From Lingula anatina (taxonomy: Eukaryota; Animalia; Brachiopoda): a stretch of 64,000 nucleotides of DNA. The DNA lies in the NCBI GenBank assembly GCA_051362555.1, contig CM120641.1, forward strand, positions 21,018,001-21,082,000. Direction: 5' to 3'. Both the position numbers and the translations under genes were made by a program. Shown here piece after piece: positions 50,807 to 63,200 of this stretch. The notes beneath the pieces were generated by a model. That model was not told the origin of the DNA. It did not search any database and was given only the letters and a program-made list of their open reading frames with translations. Within the stretch, counting starts at the first letter, position 1. The number at the start of each line of letters is the position of its first letter.

Positions 50807-50888
50807 AGCCTCGGGAGGATCTCCAAAAGATGGCAAGAAAAAGAAAGGGTTCTTTAGAAGAATGAGTGGAGGAAAATCCAGTCCAGAG
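50807..50888 (+). CDS. ARHGAP11A: ARHGAP11-like exon 8
   Basis: ttttag|(R)ASGGSPKDGKKKKGFFRRMSGGKSSPE|gtacat; phase 2 to phase 0. Confidence 0.83.
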
Positions 50889-51152
50889 GTACATTTATTC
50901 TTAATTTTTAATTAGAATTTATTAGCAATTTCACACTGTCACTTACGCAATTTAGGGAGGGAAAAACTAAAAAATGTCCACGTCAGTTGATTGGGAAGTT
51001 GCCATGTAACTTGACATTTTTATTTATTAAGGCCACACAATATTTTATGAAATTTCCCAAGGTAAATTATTTTTCTTCCAAAATTCAAACCATTTGTGCC
51101 TTCTCTTTTTTTATCATCCTAATTATAGCCATCACCATTGTTGACTTTCCAG

Positions 51153-54100
51153 GCTGCCAACTGTTCAGATATAGCCATAGGGAGTAAGCTGGCAGGGACT
51201 GACCCAGATGATATCCTCAGCTCCTCCATCACCCAACACAACTCCTCCATCCAAAGCACCACATCCAGTAAAGATGAAAATGGCAAATTGAAGAGAAGAC
51301 CCAGCTGGTTCCGAAGGCACAAAAAGCACCCAAGTTCCCCTGCCAGAATCTTGGGAAATTCTGCTGCCATTAAGAAGTCTTCACTTTCCTCCTTGAGTGG
51401 TGGAAAGAAGGAAGAAAAAGAGGACAGTGATGATGGAGGGTTCTTAAAAAAGAACAATGAAGTCGTGGTGATCAGAAATCAAAATGCTGACATAGATGTG
51501 GACCAGCTGGCTGAAAATCTTAGGCAAGATCTTCAGAGTCAAACTCCTGCCAAAGCCAACATGCCAGAAATTGAAAGAGGAAGGTTGGCTTCTCGTGAAG
51601 TGTCTACTTTGGGTGTTGATGTTGGAAAACCCCGTGCACACAGGCGTGCATATTCTGCTGATGCTAAAGGAGGCCTCAAACGTGGACGTCCTAACACCAT
51701 CACTAGTGGCCTACCCAACGCAACAACAGTGGTCTGTCGCAAACCAAGCATCAAAAATGTGATTCCTCAGCGTCCAGCAGATATCAACCTCTCCCAGAAG
51801 CCCAATTTCATCAAGAATGACCTGAACAGTAAGAATAGCAACCTATCACGTAAGCCTAGCATCAACAAGGCAGATATTGGTTTGCCTATTCCAGTGAAGG
51901 TCCCAAAGGTAGCAGAACCGAAGCGCAGACACACAGTCACTGTTGATGTGGACATTCATCAGACCTTTGGTCACCTAATAAAACCAGCTTCTGATTTCTT
52001 TCAGAAGGGAACCGAAATAAGTGAAGTCAGGAAGTGCCCTGCGCCAGCTTCACATGAAGGTGTAATTGGCACAGAAGTTCCTAAGACAGAGAGGCCAACT
52101 ATCACACCCAGGAGCTCTGTGGTTTCCAAAGTCCCAGCTATAGAGCAGTCAACCCATTTGACAAATGAACCAGGCAACATGCAAGTCTCCGCCGTGATGA
52201 GAATGGAGCATTCTTCACATATCCAACAGATGATGCAACCCCCCAGACAGCAAGGTGATACTGGACTCTGCGTGAAAGAAAATTCCTGTAACCCACAGCA
52301 TCCACCTGTGAAGAGTCATGAGCCATTAAATTCCAGACAAAATAGTCATGATTTGAAGATGCTTGAGCAACACACCAACAAGGGACAGTCCCTACATGTC
52401 AGAACCGAAAGTGAAAAAACACAGCATATTCCTGCTGCTGGTGGACACTTAAACATACTAACCAAGGACCAGCAGCCAAGTGTTTCTCCTTTGCCCCAAT
52501 CTTCAAGGACACATTTGGCTGGACAAAATGCCACAGTTGACAGCAGTCTAAATGAGACAGATGGTGACCAGCCAAGCCACTGGTATCTAGCCGATGAGAG
52601 CACCATTATAAATGTGATGGACACTGCTATGATGGACAGCATACGATCCAGTGGAAGCTCTAGTTCTCTGACTTCTCAACAGGGGGCAGCACCAGTGTCT
52701 AACATGGGCCCAGACCCTGCCCAGGGGACGCAAAATGCAATGGAGGTAGATGATAATGCTGAGCAAATGGACACTGAGGAAGTGTGTGATACTACTTTGC
52801 AGTCTGAGTCTGCGAATAACACAGTTATTGAGTGTGGAGAGAAACCTGTCAGTAAAGAAGAAACAATTGAAGAACACAATACTATGGCAACTGTGATGAA
52901 TTCTGACCACTCAGATTATAGCACAGATGGAACATTTGAAAAGGATCAGGAAAAGAGGTTAGAGACAGCAGATGAGAAACATGAGAAAGAAAACATTAAG
53001 GATGAAAATCAAACTGAGACTGTAGAAAACAGAGTTGATGAAAAGAACGTGGATAACATAAATGAAAAAGAAAACCAAGCGGATGAAAATCTGCAATCAC
53101 AACCAGCTAGTGAAGACACTGCCAAAAACCACGAAGAAGACAAAAATCAAGTCCCAGTCAAGCCTGATATTGAGACCTCCAGCACTATCTCCCCAACCAC
53201 AGAAGACAACAGTAAGAAAAGTGATAGCCATCATAAGACCAATGCAGAACCCAAGCTGCAGATCTCTCTAGATACTCACAAACTATTGGAAAGAGCTGGG
53301 TTCATGGCCCATGATACCAATAATGTGCCAGAAAACGCAGGGAAGACAGACTCTGCAGAAAAATGCATTGTCCACGAGAGTGTCATCAACCTTCAGCAAG
53401 CTGGAAAAGTAACTGCAAATGTGCAGTTGTTCAGCAAAGCTAGTAATGATCCAGATGAAGTGGAGATCATCAAGAGGCACACCTCGCCTCTGAGATTTCC
53501 AAGATCACAGATGCGCAACAGAGCGTCTCCCGTTCGCATTCCAACAATATTTGCCAAGCAGGACAGAGAGTCCGCAAGATACAGACAAATGGCTAGCAAT
53601 GTGTTGAGAGCTTCCCCTGTGAAGTCAGCGCCCCGTGGAGTGCCCAATCTTCCAATATCTACCAACTTGATTCGAAATCGAAGCGTGGAAAGATCCCTTG
53701 CAAAGTTCACTGCAAGGTCTGTCGATTCCAGCAGCAACACCAGGGTCATTCCAGGCAGTTCCACTTCTGCAGGACCAAGCAAGGTTGCAAGTAACCCTGC
53801 AGAAAAGCCATTACCCCAGCCTGCTGGTTTGCTCAAGTGTCCCCCAGCTGTATCAGCTATCAATATTCCCCAGGATTTACAGGAGACAATTGATGCAGTA
53901 TGCACACCAAAGAGCCAAAGGCGATCAACAAATTCGACAGATGCTGTGACACAAAGGTCTCCACTCAAAACGATAAATGGGCCCACAGACCATAAAGAAG
54001 AGAAAATCCCTCCAAAGACTGTTCCTCACACACCAAAGATCAAGTCCTCTCTTTTGTCCGAGGATGTGGCCCATCGCCTGTTGATGAGGACACCTGGATC

Positions 54101-54338
54101 TATGACTCCTCGCAATACTATCACACCAAGGATGAGGGCAGTGGTGGGTTCCAGTCAAAAGTGCAGATCACCGGTGAAACCAGTAAAAAGGCTGCAGGGA
54201 TCACCAAAATCTCCTCATTCACCTAGGCATGCCAGGTCACCCAAACGATATCCATCATCACCATTGAGGCCAAGAATTGTTGCTAAGAAGAGTGACCTCA
54301 GCCCAATACCTGCATATTTGAAAGATGATGTTTTTTAA
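51153..54338 (+). CDS. ARHGAP11A: ARHGAP11-like terminal exon 9 (1061 aa, low complexity, probably disordered)
   Basis: tttccag acceptor in phase 0 into the 1066-aa ORF; contains GLKRGRPNT and many SP/TP sites; stop TAA ends at 54338. Confidence 0.88.
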   Translation, partial: AANCSDIAIGSKLAGTDPDDILSSSITQHNSSIQSTTSSKDENGKLKRRPSWFRRHKKHPSSPARILGNSAAIKKSSLSSLSGGKKEEKEDSDDGGFLKKNNEVVVIRNQNADIDVDQLAENLRQDLQSQTPAKANMPEIERGRLASREVSTLGVDVGKPRAHRRAYSADAKGGLKRGRPNTITSGLPNATTVVCRKPSIKNVIPQRPADINLSQKPNFIKNDLNSKNSNLSRKPSINKADIGLPIPVKVPKVAEPKRRHTVTVDVDIHQTFGHLIKPASDFFQKGTEISEVRKCPAPASHEGVIGTEVPKTERPTITPRSSVVSKVPAIEQSTHLTNEPGNMQVSAVMRMEHSSHIQQMMQPPRQQGDTGLCVKENSCNPQHPPVKSHEPLNSRQNSHDLKMLEQHTNKGQSLHVRTESEKTQHIPAAGGHLNILTKDQQPSVSPLPQSSRTHLAGQNATVDSSLNETDGDQPSHWYLADESTIINVMDTAMMDSIRSSGSSSSLTSQQGAAPVSNMGPDPAQGTQNAMEVDDNAEQMDTEEVCDTTLQSESANNTVIECGEKPVSKEETIEEHNTMATVMNSDHSDYSTDGTFEKDQEKRLETADEKHEKENIKDENQTETVENRVDEKNVDNINEKENQADENLQSQPASEDTAKNHEEDKNQVPVKPDIETSSTISPTTEDNSKKSDSHHKTNAEPKLQISLDTHKLLERAGFMAHDTNNVPENAGKTDSAEKCIVHESVINLQQAGKVTANVQLFSKASNDPDEVEIIKRHTSPLRFPRSQMRNRASPVRIPTIFAKQDRESARYRQMASNVLRASPVKSAPRGVPNLPISTNLIRNRSVERSLAKFTARSVDSSSNTRVIPGSSTSAGPSKVASNPAEKPLPQPAGLLKCPPAVSAINIPQDLQETIDAVCTPKSQRRSTNSTDAVTQRSPLKTINGPTDHKEEKIPPKTVPHTPKIKSSLLSEDVAHRLLMRTPGSMTPRNTITPRMRAVVGSSQKCRSPVKPVKRLQGSPKSPHSPRHARSPKRYPSSPLRPRIVAKKSDLSPIPAYLKDDVF

Positions 54339-54353
54339 AATGTATGTATATGT

Positions 54354-54354
<1 letters not shown>

Positions 54355-54395
<41 letters not shown>
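54355..54395. repeat. Poly(T) run just after the ARHGAP11 stop
   Basis: Directly visible. Confidence 0.9.
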
Positions 54396-54397
<2 letters not shown>

Positions 54398-56432
54398 TGT
54401 TCTTTCTGGTTGTGATGTATGTGGATGTGTTATTCTTAATTGACTGTTAATTTGCATGCAATTGATTCCCTTCCTAGATATAAATATTCTGACAAAGAAT
54501 TGAGTGAAATGGCTTGCTTTCCACTATCATATAGGGTTTAAGCTTTATGTGGGAGCGCTAGCTTTAGAAATGTCTTATCTTTTAAACACTGAATACTGCA
54601 AACTGTCAAAATTGTCCAAAACTACTGAAGATACCCACTTGGAGGTTTAATTCCTTAAAGATATTTAGATATGAAGTTAACCATTTTCTCATTCATGTAT
54701 AATTATAGTTGATATTGCTTAGTTTATTTTTTCTACCATAAGTGTCCCAAAGAATTAAATTAATAATCTATTTTGTAAACTTCTATGTTGTCACTTGTAT
54801 GTGAATTTAGTTTAAATTGATTTCACGTCATAGGAATTATGTGTAAAAAAAATAAGTGACCTTAGAACACTTGTGATAATGTCTGAAGAATAAGGCCAAT
54901 CTCAATTAAATTATAGTGACAGTTTTTACTAAAGAATTGCATGACATTTATCATGTAAAGTTTTCATCCCTTGTAAAAAAATTGCAGTATTGTCAACAGA
55001 TTTTCTCTTGCAATGTGCAATATGAATCTTTTTGGCATGCACAGGGTGTTCCCAAGATGGGAGTATTTACAAGTCTAATGCAAGTTTGCTGTAAAATACA
55101 GTTTGATAAGAACTTAGTAGTGAAGGTATTCATAAGATAGAAGTTAGCTTTGGCACACGCCTCCAGACTTGGCATACCTTTAACAGCCAATTTTGCTTTC
55201 TTTGTTGTAAGTGGTCTCTAGCACTTCTGGTCACATTAAGTATGGATGAAAGTCGTGCATTAATGCAATGGACATTTTAATTATAAGGGCTTATATTTAG
55301 GATTCTACGAATTGGTTAATTCAAATAGAACATGGAAGGTGGTATAGAAATGGCCTGATGTGATATATTTCCAATGAGAACTGCATGATATTAAAATTTT
55401 GATTTGTTTTACACTACTTAAAAACTATCAGGATATAAAATGTAACTTTAGTAATCACTGCATATTTGCCAATAATGTAAAGTGAATTAGTAAAATGGCT
55501 AATAAATTGAAATGCTAACTATAAAGTGGTTATACATTTTTAAAAATCTGAGAATGCTTATGTGAATATTTTTAAAGGGATAACAATGCATGGAAATATA
55601 TATTCTATTTTATCACAGACCATGTGACCTCCGTAGATGGCTATACTCTAATAATCTCTAAAAAAACAAACTTGAGAAAAAAAAGAGCTAACTTTGAATG
55701 TAGAAATGGATTCATCAATCATTAGGAAGTATGGAGAAATTGCCATTTACCCTTGGAAAATTCTTTTTTTTTTGGCCAAAATGGATTTGTTATCCCTTTA
55801 AAAATCTAATGGATGATGTTATTCATCCCTTATTTACATACTGTTTTCTTTGTCAAACTTGAATGTGCTGGAGGATGATCTTTAAACATTTAATAGGGGA
55901 AAAAAATACTCATCCCTTTCTTTTTGTTATGTTAATGCATAATGCATATTATCTATGGGAGTATCTTGATTAAAAGGGTTTTTTTATTGCCCAGATAAAC
56001 TTTTTTCATATTACACATTCTATATCTACTTGTAAACATTTATCCAACTGTACATTTATATTTAAACTTATTTGTTCAATTGCACATTTACTATTTTACA
56101 CTAAAATTATATGCAACTAAACCAATCCATAAATCACCTGACGAAACATTACTTGGCAAAATGGGTTAAATTTCTTAGTACAGATTTAACCCTTGCAATA
56201 TAACAGACACTCGAGTAACCAATCTCATCATGTGCAGTTCCCCTCCTAGGGGTATCAAATTTTAGGGCATATACAGTACATTTAAATTTCAGTACATATA
56301 CAGTGTTACATTAAGACAATAAAGAAATTGAAGATCTATCAACAGCCCTGAATGACCAGGAGGAATGCAATGCCCGAGCATTAGTCTGTTTATTCAGCAC
56401 CAATTTGCTGACAACTTCACAGCTTTATGGAT

Positions 56433-56534
56433 TCATTCTAAGGAAGACAACATCAACAGCTGTTTCAAAACTTTTGTTTGGCTTGTCTCTCGAATTTCTC
56501 CTGCCAGGAACATTTCATCTACCACACTATATAC
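56433..56534 (-). CDS. AP2S1: AP-2 complex subunit sigma, exon 4 (last)
   Basis: VYSVVDEMFLAGEIRETSQTKVLKQLLMLSSLE*; four exons total 429 nt = 142 aa, the known AP2S1 length. Confidence 0.96.
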   Translation of the reverse strand, partial: VYSVVDEMFLAGEIRETSQTKVLKQLLMLSSLE

Positions 56535-56831
56535 CTAGAGGAGGAAATTAAACAGAAATAAAAAGTTAAGTTAATTTCTTTGTTGGATTTCTTCACTTTC
56601 AAAATGTTTTATATTTTAGAAACACAAGACGGCAATGACATTTACCATAAATTCAAAACAATGGCTAAATAATATACTTTCTATCATTTCAACTAAATTA
56701 TTTACAATTTCATATAAGATTAAGAAGAGACAATGGTTAAATAATATATACTTCTTATCTTTTTAACTAAACTACTTACAATTTAATATACTACCAAGAT
56801 AAGTTGAACATTAAGCCACTTCAATACTCAC

Positions 56832-57005
56832 CTTATAAAAGTTGAATACTAAGTCCAATTCACAGACATTATGGAAATATTCATTGAGAACTTCTACAAA
56901 GTTGTGGATTGCTTCTAGGTAAGCTAGGTTATTGTCTGACACATCAACACATATACAGAAATACAGGCCTGCATATCTTCGGTAGACAATTTTAAAGTTG
57001 CGAAA
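56832..57005 (-). CDS. AP2S1: AP-2 complex subunit sigma, exon 3
   Basis: [58 protein letters not shown]. Confidence 0.97.
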
Positions 57006-57605
57006 CTGAAATAAAATGAAGATGTGGTAATAAAATGACAATGAATGTTATATCTATGTATGAATGACCTTTTTCATAACAGATTTAGAAAATGAGGTGC
57101 AATATGAGTAACTTAATACAAGTTGTTGATACTTTTTCATTTAACATAAAAATCATCAAAATTGTAAATCAAAAGTCTTCAAAATAAATCTTGCAAGAGA
57201 TATTTAGCAGAAAACAGAAAACTGTCCATAAAAATGACAAAAATAAGTAAAAGAAAATATTAAGAAAAAAGAATTTGAGAAATATGAGAGACTGCATATG
57301 TGGCAAGCACAACATCTAAATTATTATAATGCCATTCCCTTCTTTTTTACTACCTCATTACCTGTTTTTTCTTATTTCTAAATCCATTTATATCATTTCA
57401 TATGATGATTGTCAATGTGCAATTAAACTTGGCGGAAGAAATTTTGTCCATCACCAGATATAAACATTTTGGCAATAACATACTTGTTTTGGCATGACAC
57501 ATGAACACATGGAGAATGGAAAACAATGAAGTTGTCATATATTGGATCTCATGTTCGGAATAAAAATACTGTGAAATGACCCCTCACCTCAATTCCAATA
57601 CTCAC

Positions 57606-57755
57606 CTCTACAAAATTGGTATGTTTGGCATCTCGCACTGTTACTACTGCATGAACTTCTTCAATTAATTTTTGTTTCTCATCATCATCAAAGTGCATAT
57701 ACCATTTGGCTAACCTAGTTTTGCCAGCTCTATTCTGTATCAATATGAAGCGAAT
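57606..57755 (-). CDS. AP2S1: AP-2 complex subunit sigma, exon 2
   Basis: [50 protein letters not shown]. Confidence 0.97.
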
Positions 57756-58248
57756 CTAAAGAGAAAAACGTTCCAAATGATGAGTGATTCTTATCCTTCT
57801 GGTTACAAATTTAAACAATTGATTATTACCAGTATAGATCTAAACAATCAAAGTATATTAAATTTATTATATATCATAAATTTCAGTACGTGTACCAGTA
57901 CTTCCTTGATTTTCAATTTCCATACTTCTATTACTTGAATGGGACTTTAATACGATTGTCAACTCATCTATAAGACAATGACACCACAATGCCCACAAAC
58001 GGAAGCTACAGTTAAGCAATCAAAATTTGTCAGGCATAACTTTGATCTTGATTTGTCTTAACTTTTCTTCTTTTTTCTTAATAGACAAGTGAAATCTGAT
58101 ATATTACACCCAGTTCTTACGAACAGCATTCTTGCAGTATACCACCTCCACCCTAAATAAACACTTACTCTTTTAAAACTGTGTATTTCTCAATTAAATA
58201 ATATGTCATATTTTGGCAATTCGACGATAAAACTGATAAATAACTTAC

Positions 58249-58251
58249 CAT
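58249..58251 (-). CDS. AP2S1: AP-2 complex subunit sigma, exon 1 (initiator ATG only)
   Basis: aagATG|gtaagt; supplies the Met missing before IRFILIQ. Confidence 0.85.
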
Positions 58252-58534
58252 CTTAACGTATCTAAAACTATGACATTCGACCGGTCGATTTATGATGGCG
58301 GACACTTGCTCACTCCCACTTTACAAGACAGACTAAACACTAGTCTGATTAAACTCAAACTTTCATTGTGTCTCGTTCTTTTATAAGCAAATACTGGAGT
58401 TCTATATCCTTGGTTATATGTAAGCTAACTGGATTTGCTATAGATACACTATTTGTTTAAAAAGACAAGCAGATTGATACAACGACTAGGTTTCAACAGT
58501 GCTGCCACCCATCGAGCGCCACAATAACAACAAC
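58252..58534. promoter_or_regulatory. Compact bidirectional promoter and 5' UTRs shared by AP2S1 and POLR1C
   Basis: Only 283 bp separate the two divergent ATGs; locally CpG-richer, with a YY1-like gatggcgg near 58295. Confidence 0.7.
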
Positions 58535-58594
58535 ATGGCAGACTTGGAAGATATCCGAACACGTGTGCGGCTAAATGAATACAGTTTATCTAAT
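58535..58594 (+). CDS. POLR1C: RNA polymerase I/III shared subunit RPAC1 (RPC40), exon 1
   Basis: caacATGG; MADLEDIRTRVRLNEYSLSN|gtgagt. Not in the ORF track. Confidence 0.9.
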
Positions 58595-58984
58595 GTGAGT
58601 TTGTTACAGGCATGACCTGTGGTCTTAAATACACAGCTGCGTGTTTATGACTGTATTTTATGCTGTTTCCGAATAACGTCTAGTCTTAAATAAGTTGCAG
58701 TCACAATGTGAAATTCTGTTCAACCTCAAATTAAATTTTGTTGCCAAACTCAGTTTTGAGTAGCACGGAAAATGCACGCGTTAGCACTTTTATGTACTGT
58801 TTCTGATATTTGCTGGCTGAGAAAATAAACTGTAAAATGATGACCAGCCCTTGTACCTTAATCTTTAAATACCCCCCCCCCCCCCCCCCCCCCAAAATAA
58901 AAAAAATACTGAAAGCCCTTGTACCTACAGTATGTGTTATCTTGCTGTGCTGTCCTTTGCTGAAGTTGTAATGATATCTTCCAG

Positions 58985-59056
58985 ACTCAGTCCACAGATT
59001 TCCCTGGGAACTATCCTGATTATGATGATGCATGGAACCAAGTCAAGTTTGAAGAG
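58985..59056 (+). CDS. POLR1C: RPAC1 exon 2
   Basis: TQSTDFPGNYPDYDDAWNQVKFEE, containing the conserved TDFPGNY..YDDAW. Confidence 0.95.
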
Positions 59057-59248
59057 GTAATATTTTTATATTGCAGACAAAATTAATTTAGACCTGAAGT
59101 ACCAAACTGGAAAGGCATATTATTTATATTTTATCTTTTGCTCTAAAATGATAATGGTGCAGTTATTTTATTTTATGGCATTAAAAGAAGCATTGTCTGT
59201 ATTAGTAGTCTATGTTACCTTTTATATGAGTTTTTTTTATTGTTGTCA

Positions 59249-59252
<4 letters not shown>

Positions 59253-59302
<50 letters not shown>
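59253..59302. repeat. (TA)n microsatellite
   Basis: Directly visible. Confidence 0.95.
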
Positions 59303-59306
<4 letters not shown>

Positions 59307-59365
59307 TATATTACAGAATTTTGTAAGTCATGCAATTAACCCTGATCATGAGCTTGACTTTATAG

Positions 59366-59473
59366 AATTTCAGAATCAACATAATAAGTATGACAGATTT
59401 AGAGATGGAGTTTGACATGGTTGGTGTAGATGCAGCTGTTGCCAATGCCTTCAGAAGAATATTATTAGCAGAG
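59366..59473 (+). CDS. POLR1C: RPAC1 exon 3; gene continues past the right edge
   Basis: [36 protein letters not shown]|gttaat, the RNA polymerase D-subunit signature. Confidence 0.96.
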
Positions 59474-59676
59474 GTTAATAAATCTTCTATTTTCAGTATA
59501 AGATGTTAATATTAAGAAACATTTAGTATGAATTTGAAGACAAAAGAGGAGTTGGACTACTTAATGGTACTCTGATTAACAGATCTATATGCTTTATCAT
59601 GACTGTATGTTTAAAGCATGATAAGGCAATAAAGGCAATAGTTTCAAACAGCGTATCATTACCTCAAAATTATACA

Positions 59677-60146
59677 TTTTTTATGTACAGACACAGATGT
59701 GTCTGTACATATTGCCATCACCTGCGTCTGTCGTCGCCGATGCCGATGGCGATGCCGATGGCGATGCCGATGCCGATGCCGATGCCGGCGCCGGCGCCGT
59801 GCACTTTCCTTGTAAACACGATAAGTGGAAGGCAGTTTCACTTTTTGGCTTTATATTTACAGAGCTGATGAATATTCATAAAACGCAGGTCAAGTTCGAA
59901 AATCAGCATGATCGGGCCATTATTGTAGAAGTTATGCTGTTTTTTCACTTTTCAGCATATATGCAACCCTGTAAACACATTTCAAGGAAAACCGTTAGGC
60001 TTGTTGTCACGAAACTCACAGGAGTAATCAATCTTACTAAAACGCAGGTCAAGTTCGAAAATCAGCATGATCGGGCCACTATTTTAGTAGTTATGCGGTT
60101 TTTTCATTGTTCAGCATATATGCAACACTGTAAACACAATATAAGA
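59677..60146 (+). mobile_element. Non-autonomous Helentron/HINE-like element copy
   Basis: T-rich start, terminal palindrome atgtacagacaca-ga-tgtgtctgtacat, (GCCGAT)n microsatellite, then 159-bp tandem units (aaacgcaggtcaagttcgaaaatcagcatgatcgggcc at 59881 and 60040). Confidence 0.75.
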
Positions 60147-60285
60147 ACAAGGCAGCAAAGCTGTCAAATGTACAGACAAAAAGCAGGAAATAACAAAAAA
60201 GGCTACTGTCAATTCTGATGCAAAAGTACATTTTGTTAAACTGCAAATTCAACATCAAATTTTAATTATGCTCAACAGGTAAAAT

Positions 60286-63200
60286 ACATCTGTGTCTGTA
60301 CATAAAAACGGCATTTCTTTAAAATAATGGCCCGATTATGCTGATTTTTGAACTCAACCTGCGATTTAGCAGGAATGACCACTCCTGTGAGTTTAATGAC
60401 AATTGGCCTATATGTTTTTCTTATATTGTGTTTACAGTGTTGCATATATGCTGAAAAGTGAAAAAAAAAGCATAACTACTAAAATAGTGGCCCGATCATG
60501 CCGATTTTTGAACTTGACCTGCGTTTTAGTAAGATCAATTACTCTGCATTTTAGTCCTGTATTTCTTTTTGAAAGTTTGACAATCATAAGTAACATGGTT
60601 TTCCCATAATGGTCATCTTGGCAGCAGCACCCAAAATTGTGTTTTCTTCTATTCTGATGCAATATTACATAATGGTTAACAGCAAAATGACCGTTAATTT
60701 TTAATAATAAAATACACGTATCATGGATTTTCAGAAAATGTGACTAGCATGGGTCTTCAAGCCCGTGGAACATGCCGATTTTCGAACTTGACCTGTGTTA
60801 TAGTAAGATCAATTACTCCTGTGATTTTCATGACAACAGGCCTAACGGTTTTCCTTAAAATGTGTTTACAGTGTTGGATATATGCTGAAAAGTGAAAAAA
60901 CAGCATAACTTCTACAATAATGGCCCGATCATGCTGATTTTTTAACTTGACCTGCGTTTTATGAATATTCATCAGCTCTGTAAATATACAGCCAAAAAGT
61001 AAAACTGCCTTCCACTTATCATGTTTACAATGAAAGTGCACGGTGTCGGCACCGGCGACGACGGCGACGACAGACGCAGGTGATGGCAATATGTACAGAC
61101 ACATCTGTACATATTTACTGTACTGTTTGAGAACAGTAAGTGACATGGTTTTTCTTAAATGGTCATCATGGGAGCAGTGCCCAAAATGGTTTTTTTTTCA
61201 AATTTTGATGCAATATTACATAATGTTTAACAGCATAATGACCATCAATTTTTAATAATAAAATATTAGTATCATGGATATTCAGAAAATGTGACTAGCA
61301 AAGGTCTTCAGGCCCATGGAACTTCAAAGTTACAACTTGAAAATGCCAGAATGTAAACAAGACAGCACTGTTCTGAAATGTTTTTTTTTTTCCATTTTTA
61401 ACACTTTTTTTAACATAAAACAAAATTAACAGGTTACTGCCATTTTTATACGATCAACTAAGAAAATTGATGAGATGGGAAAAATATCAATACAACAGTG
61501 TTAAATGTCCAATTTCCTCCATTCTGAGATTCTGAACATAGTGAATGATTGAATCTGACAAACTGCAATGATATGAGTTTATTTCCATTTTGGAAACTTT
61601 ATTACACAATACACGATAACAAGTTTACCATCATTTTTACATAATCAACTAACAATGTTGTAAAGATGCAGGAAATGTCAAACAAACACTTTTACGTATC
61701 TTATTAGTTCATTAATGAGACTGTTAACATGCCTAACAGTTGAATCTGAGGAAATTTGAAAAAACAGCATAACTTCTAAAATAATGGCCCGATTATGCTG
61801 ATTTTCGAACTCAACCTGCGTTTTAGTAAGATTGACCACTCTTGTGAGTTAAATGACAATTGGCCTATCTGTTTTTCTTATATTGTGTTTACAGTGTTGT
61901 ATATATGCTGAAAAATGAAAAAACAGCATAACTACTAAAATAGTGGCCCGATCATGCCGATTTTCGAACTTGACCTGCGTTTTAGTAAGATTGATTACTC
62001 CTGTGAGTTTCATGACAACAGGCCTAACGGTTTTCCTTAAAATGTGTTTACAGGGTTGCATATATGCTGAAAAGTGAAAAAACAGCATAACTTCTACAAT
62101 AATGGCCCGATCATGCTGGTTTTCGAACTTGACCTGCGTTTTATGAATATTCATCAGCTCTGTAAATATTAAGCCAAAAAGTAAAACTGCCCTCCACTTA
62201 TCGTGTTTACAAGGAAAGTGCACGGCGACGGCGACGACAGACGCAGGTGATGGCAATATGTACAGACACATCTGTGTCTGTACATAAAAACAGAAAGCCC
62301 AATTGTCATTAAACTCCCAGGAATGGTCAGTCTTACTAAAACGCAGGTTGAGTTCCAAAATCAGCATAATCGGGGCATTATTTTAGAAGTTATGCTGTTT
62401 TTTCACATTTCCTCAGATTTCCTCAGATTTAATTCTTAGGCATGTTAAAAGCCTTATTATTTAAGTAATAAGATACGTAAAAGTGTTTGTTTGACATTTC
62501 CTGCATCTTTACAACATTGTTAGTTGATGATATAAAAATGATGGTAAACTTGTTATCATGTATTGTGTAATCAAGTTTCAAAAATGGAAATAAACTCATA
62601 TCATTGCAGTTTGTCAGATTCAATCATCCACTATGTTCAGAATCTCAGAATGGAGGAAATTGGACATTTAACACTGTTCTATTGATACTTTTCTCATCTC
62701 ATCAATTTTCTTAGTTGGTCATAAAAAAATGGCAGTAAAATGTTTATTTTGTTTTATGTTTAAAAAAGTGTTAAAAATGGAAATAAACCCATGTCAGAAC
62801 AGTGCTGTCTTGTTTCACATTTCCTCAGATTCAATTCTTAGGCATGTTAACAGTCTCATTATTTAACTAATAAGACATGTTAAAGTGTTTGGTTGACATT
62901 TCCTGTATCTTTACAACATTATTAGTTGATTATGTAAAACTGATGGTAAACTTGTTATCATGTATTGTGTAATAAAGTTTCAAAAATGGAAATAAACTCA
63001 TATCATTGCAGTTTGTCAGATGCAATCATTCACTATGTTTAGAATCTCAGAATGGAGGAAATTGGACATTTAACACTGTTGTATTTATATTTTTCCCATC
63101 TCATCAATTTTCTTAGTTGATCATATAAAGATGGCAATAACCTGTTAATTTTGTTTTATGTTAAAAAAATTGTTAAAAATGGAAAAAAAAAACATTTCAG

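Noticed and set aside
59881-60146. Regularly spaced conserved 38-mer that could suggest a CRISPR array
   Set aside because: The intervening sequences are homologous to each other, so this is a tandem repeat in a eukaryotic TE.
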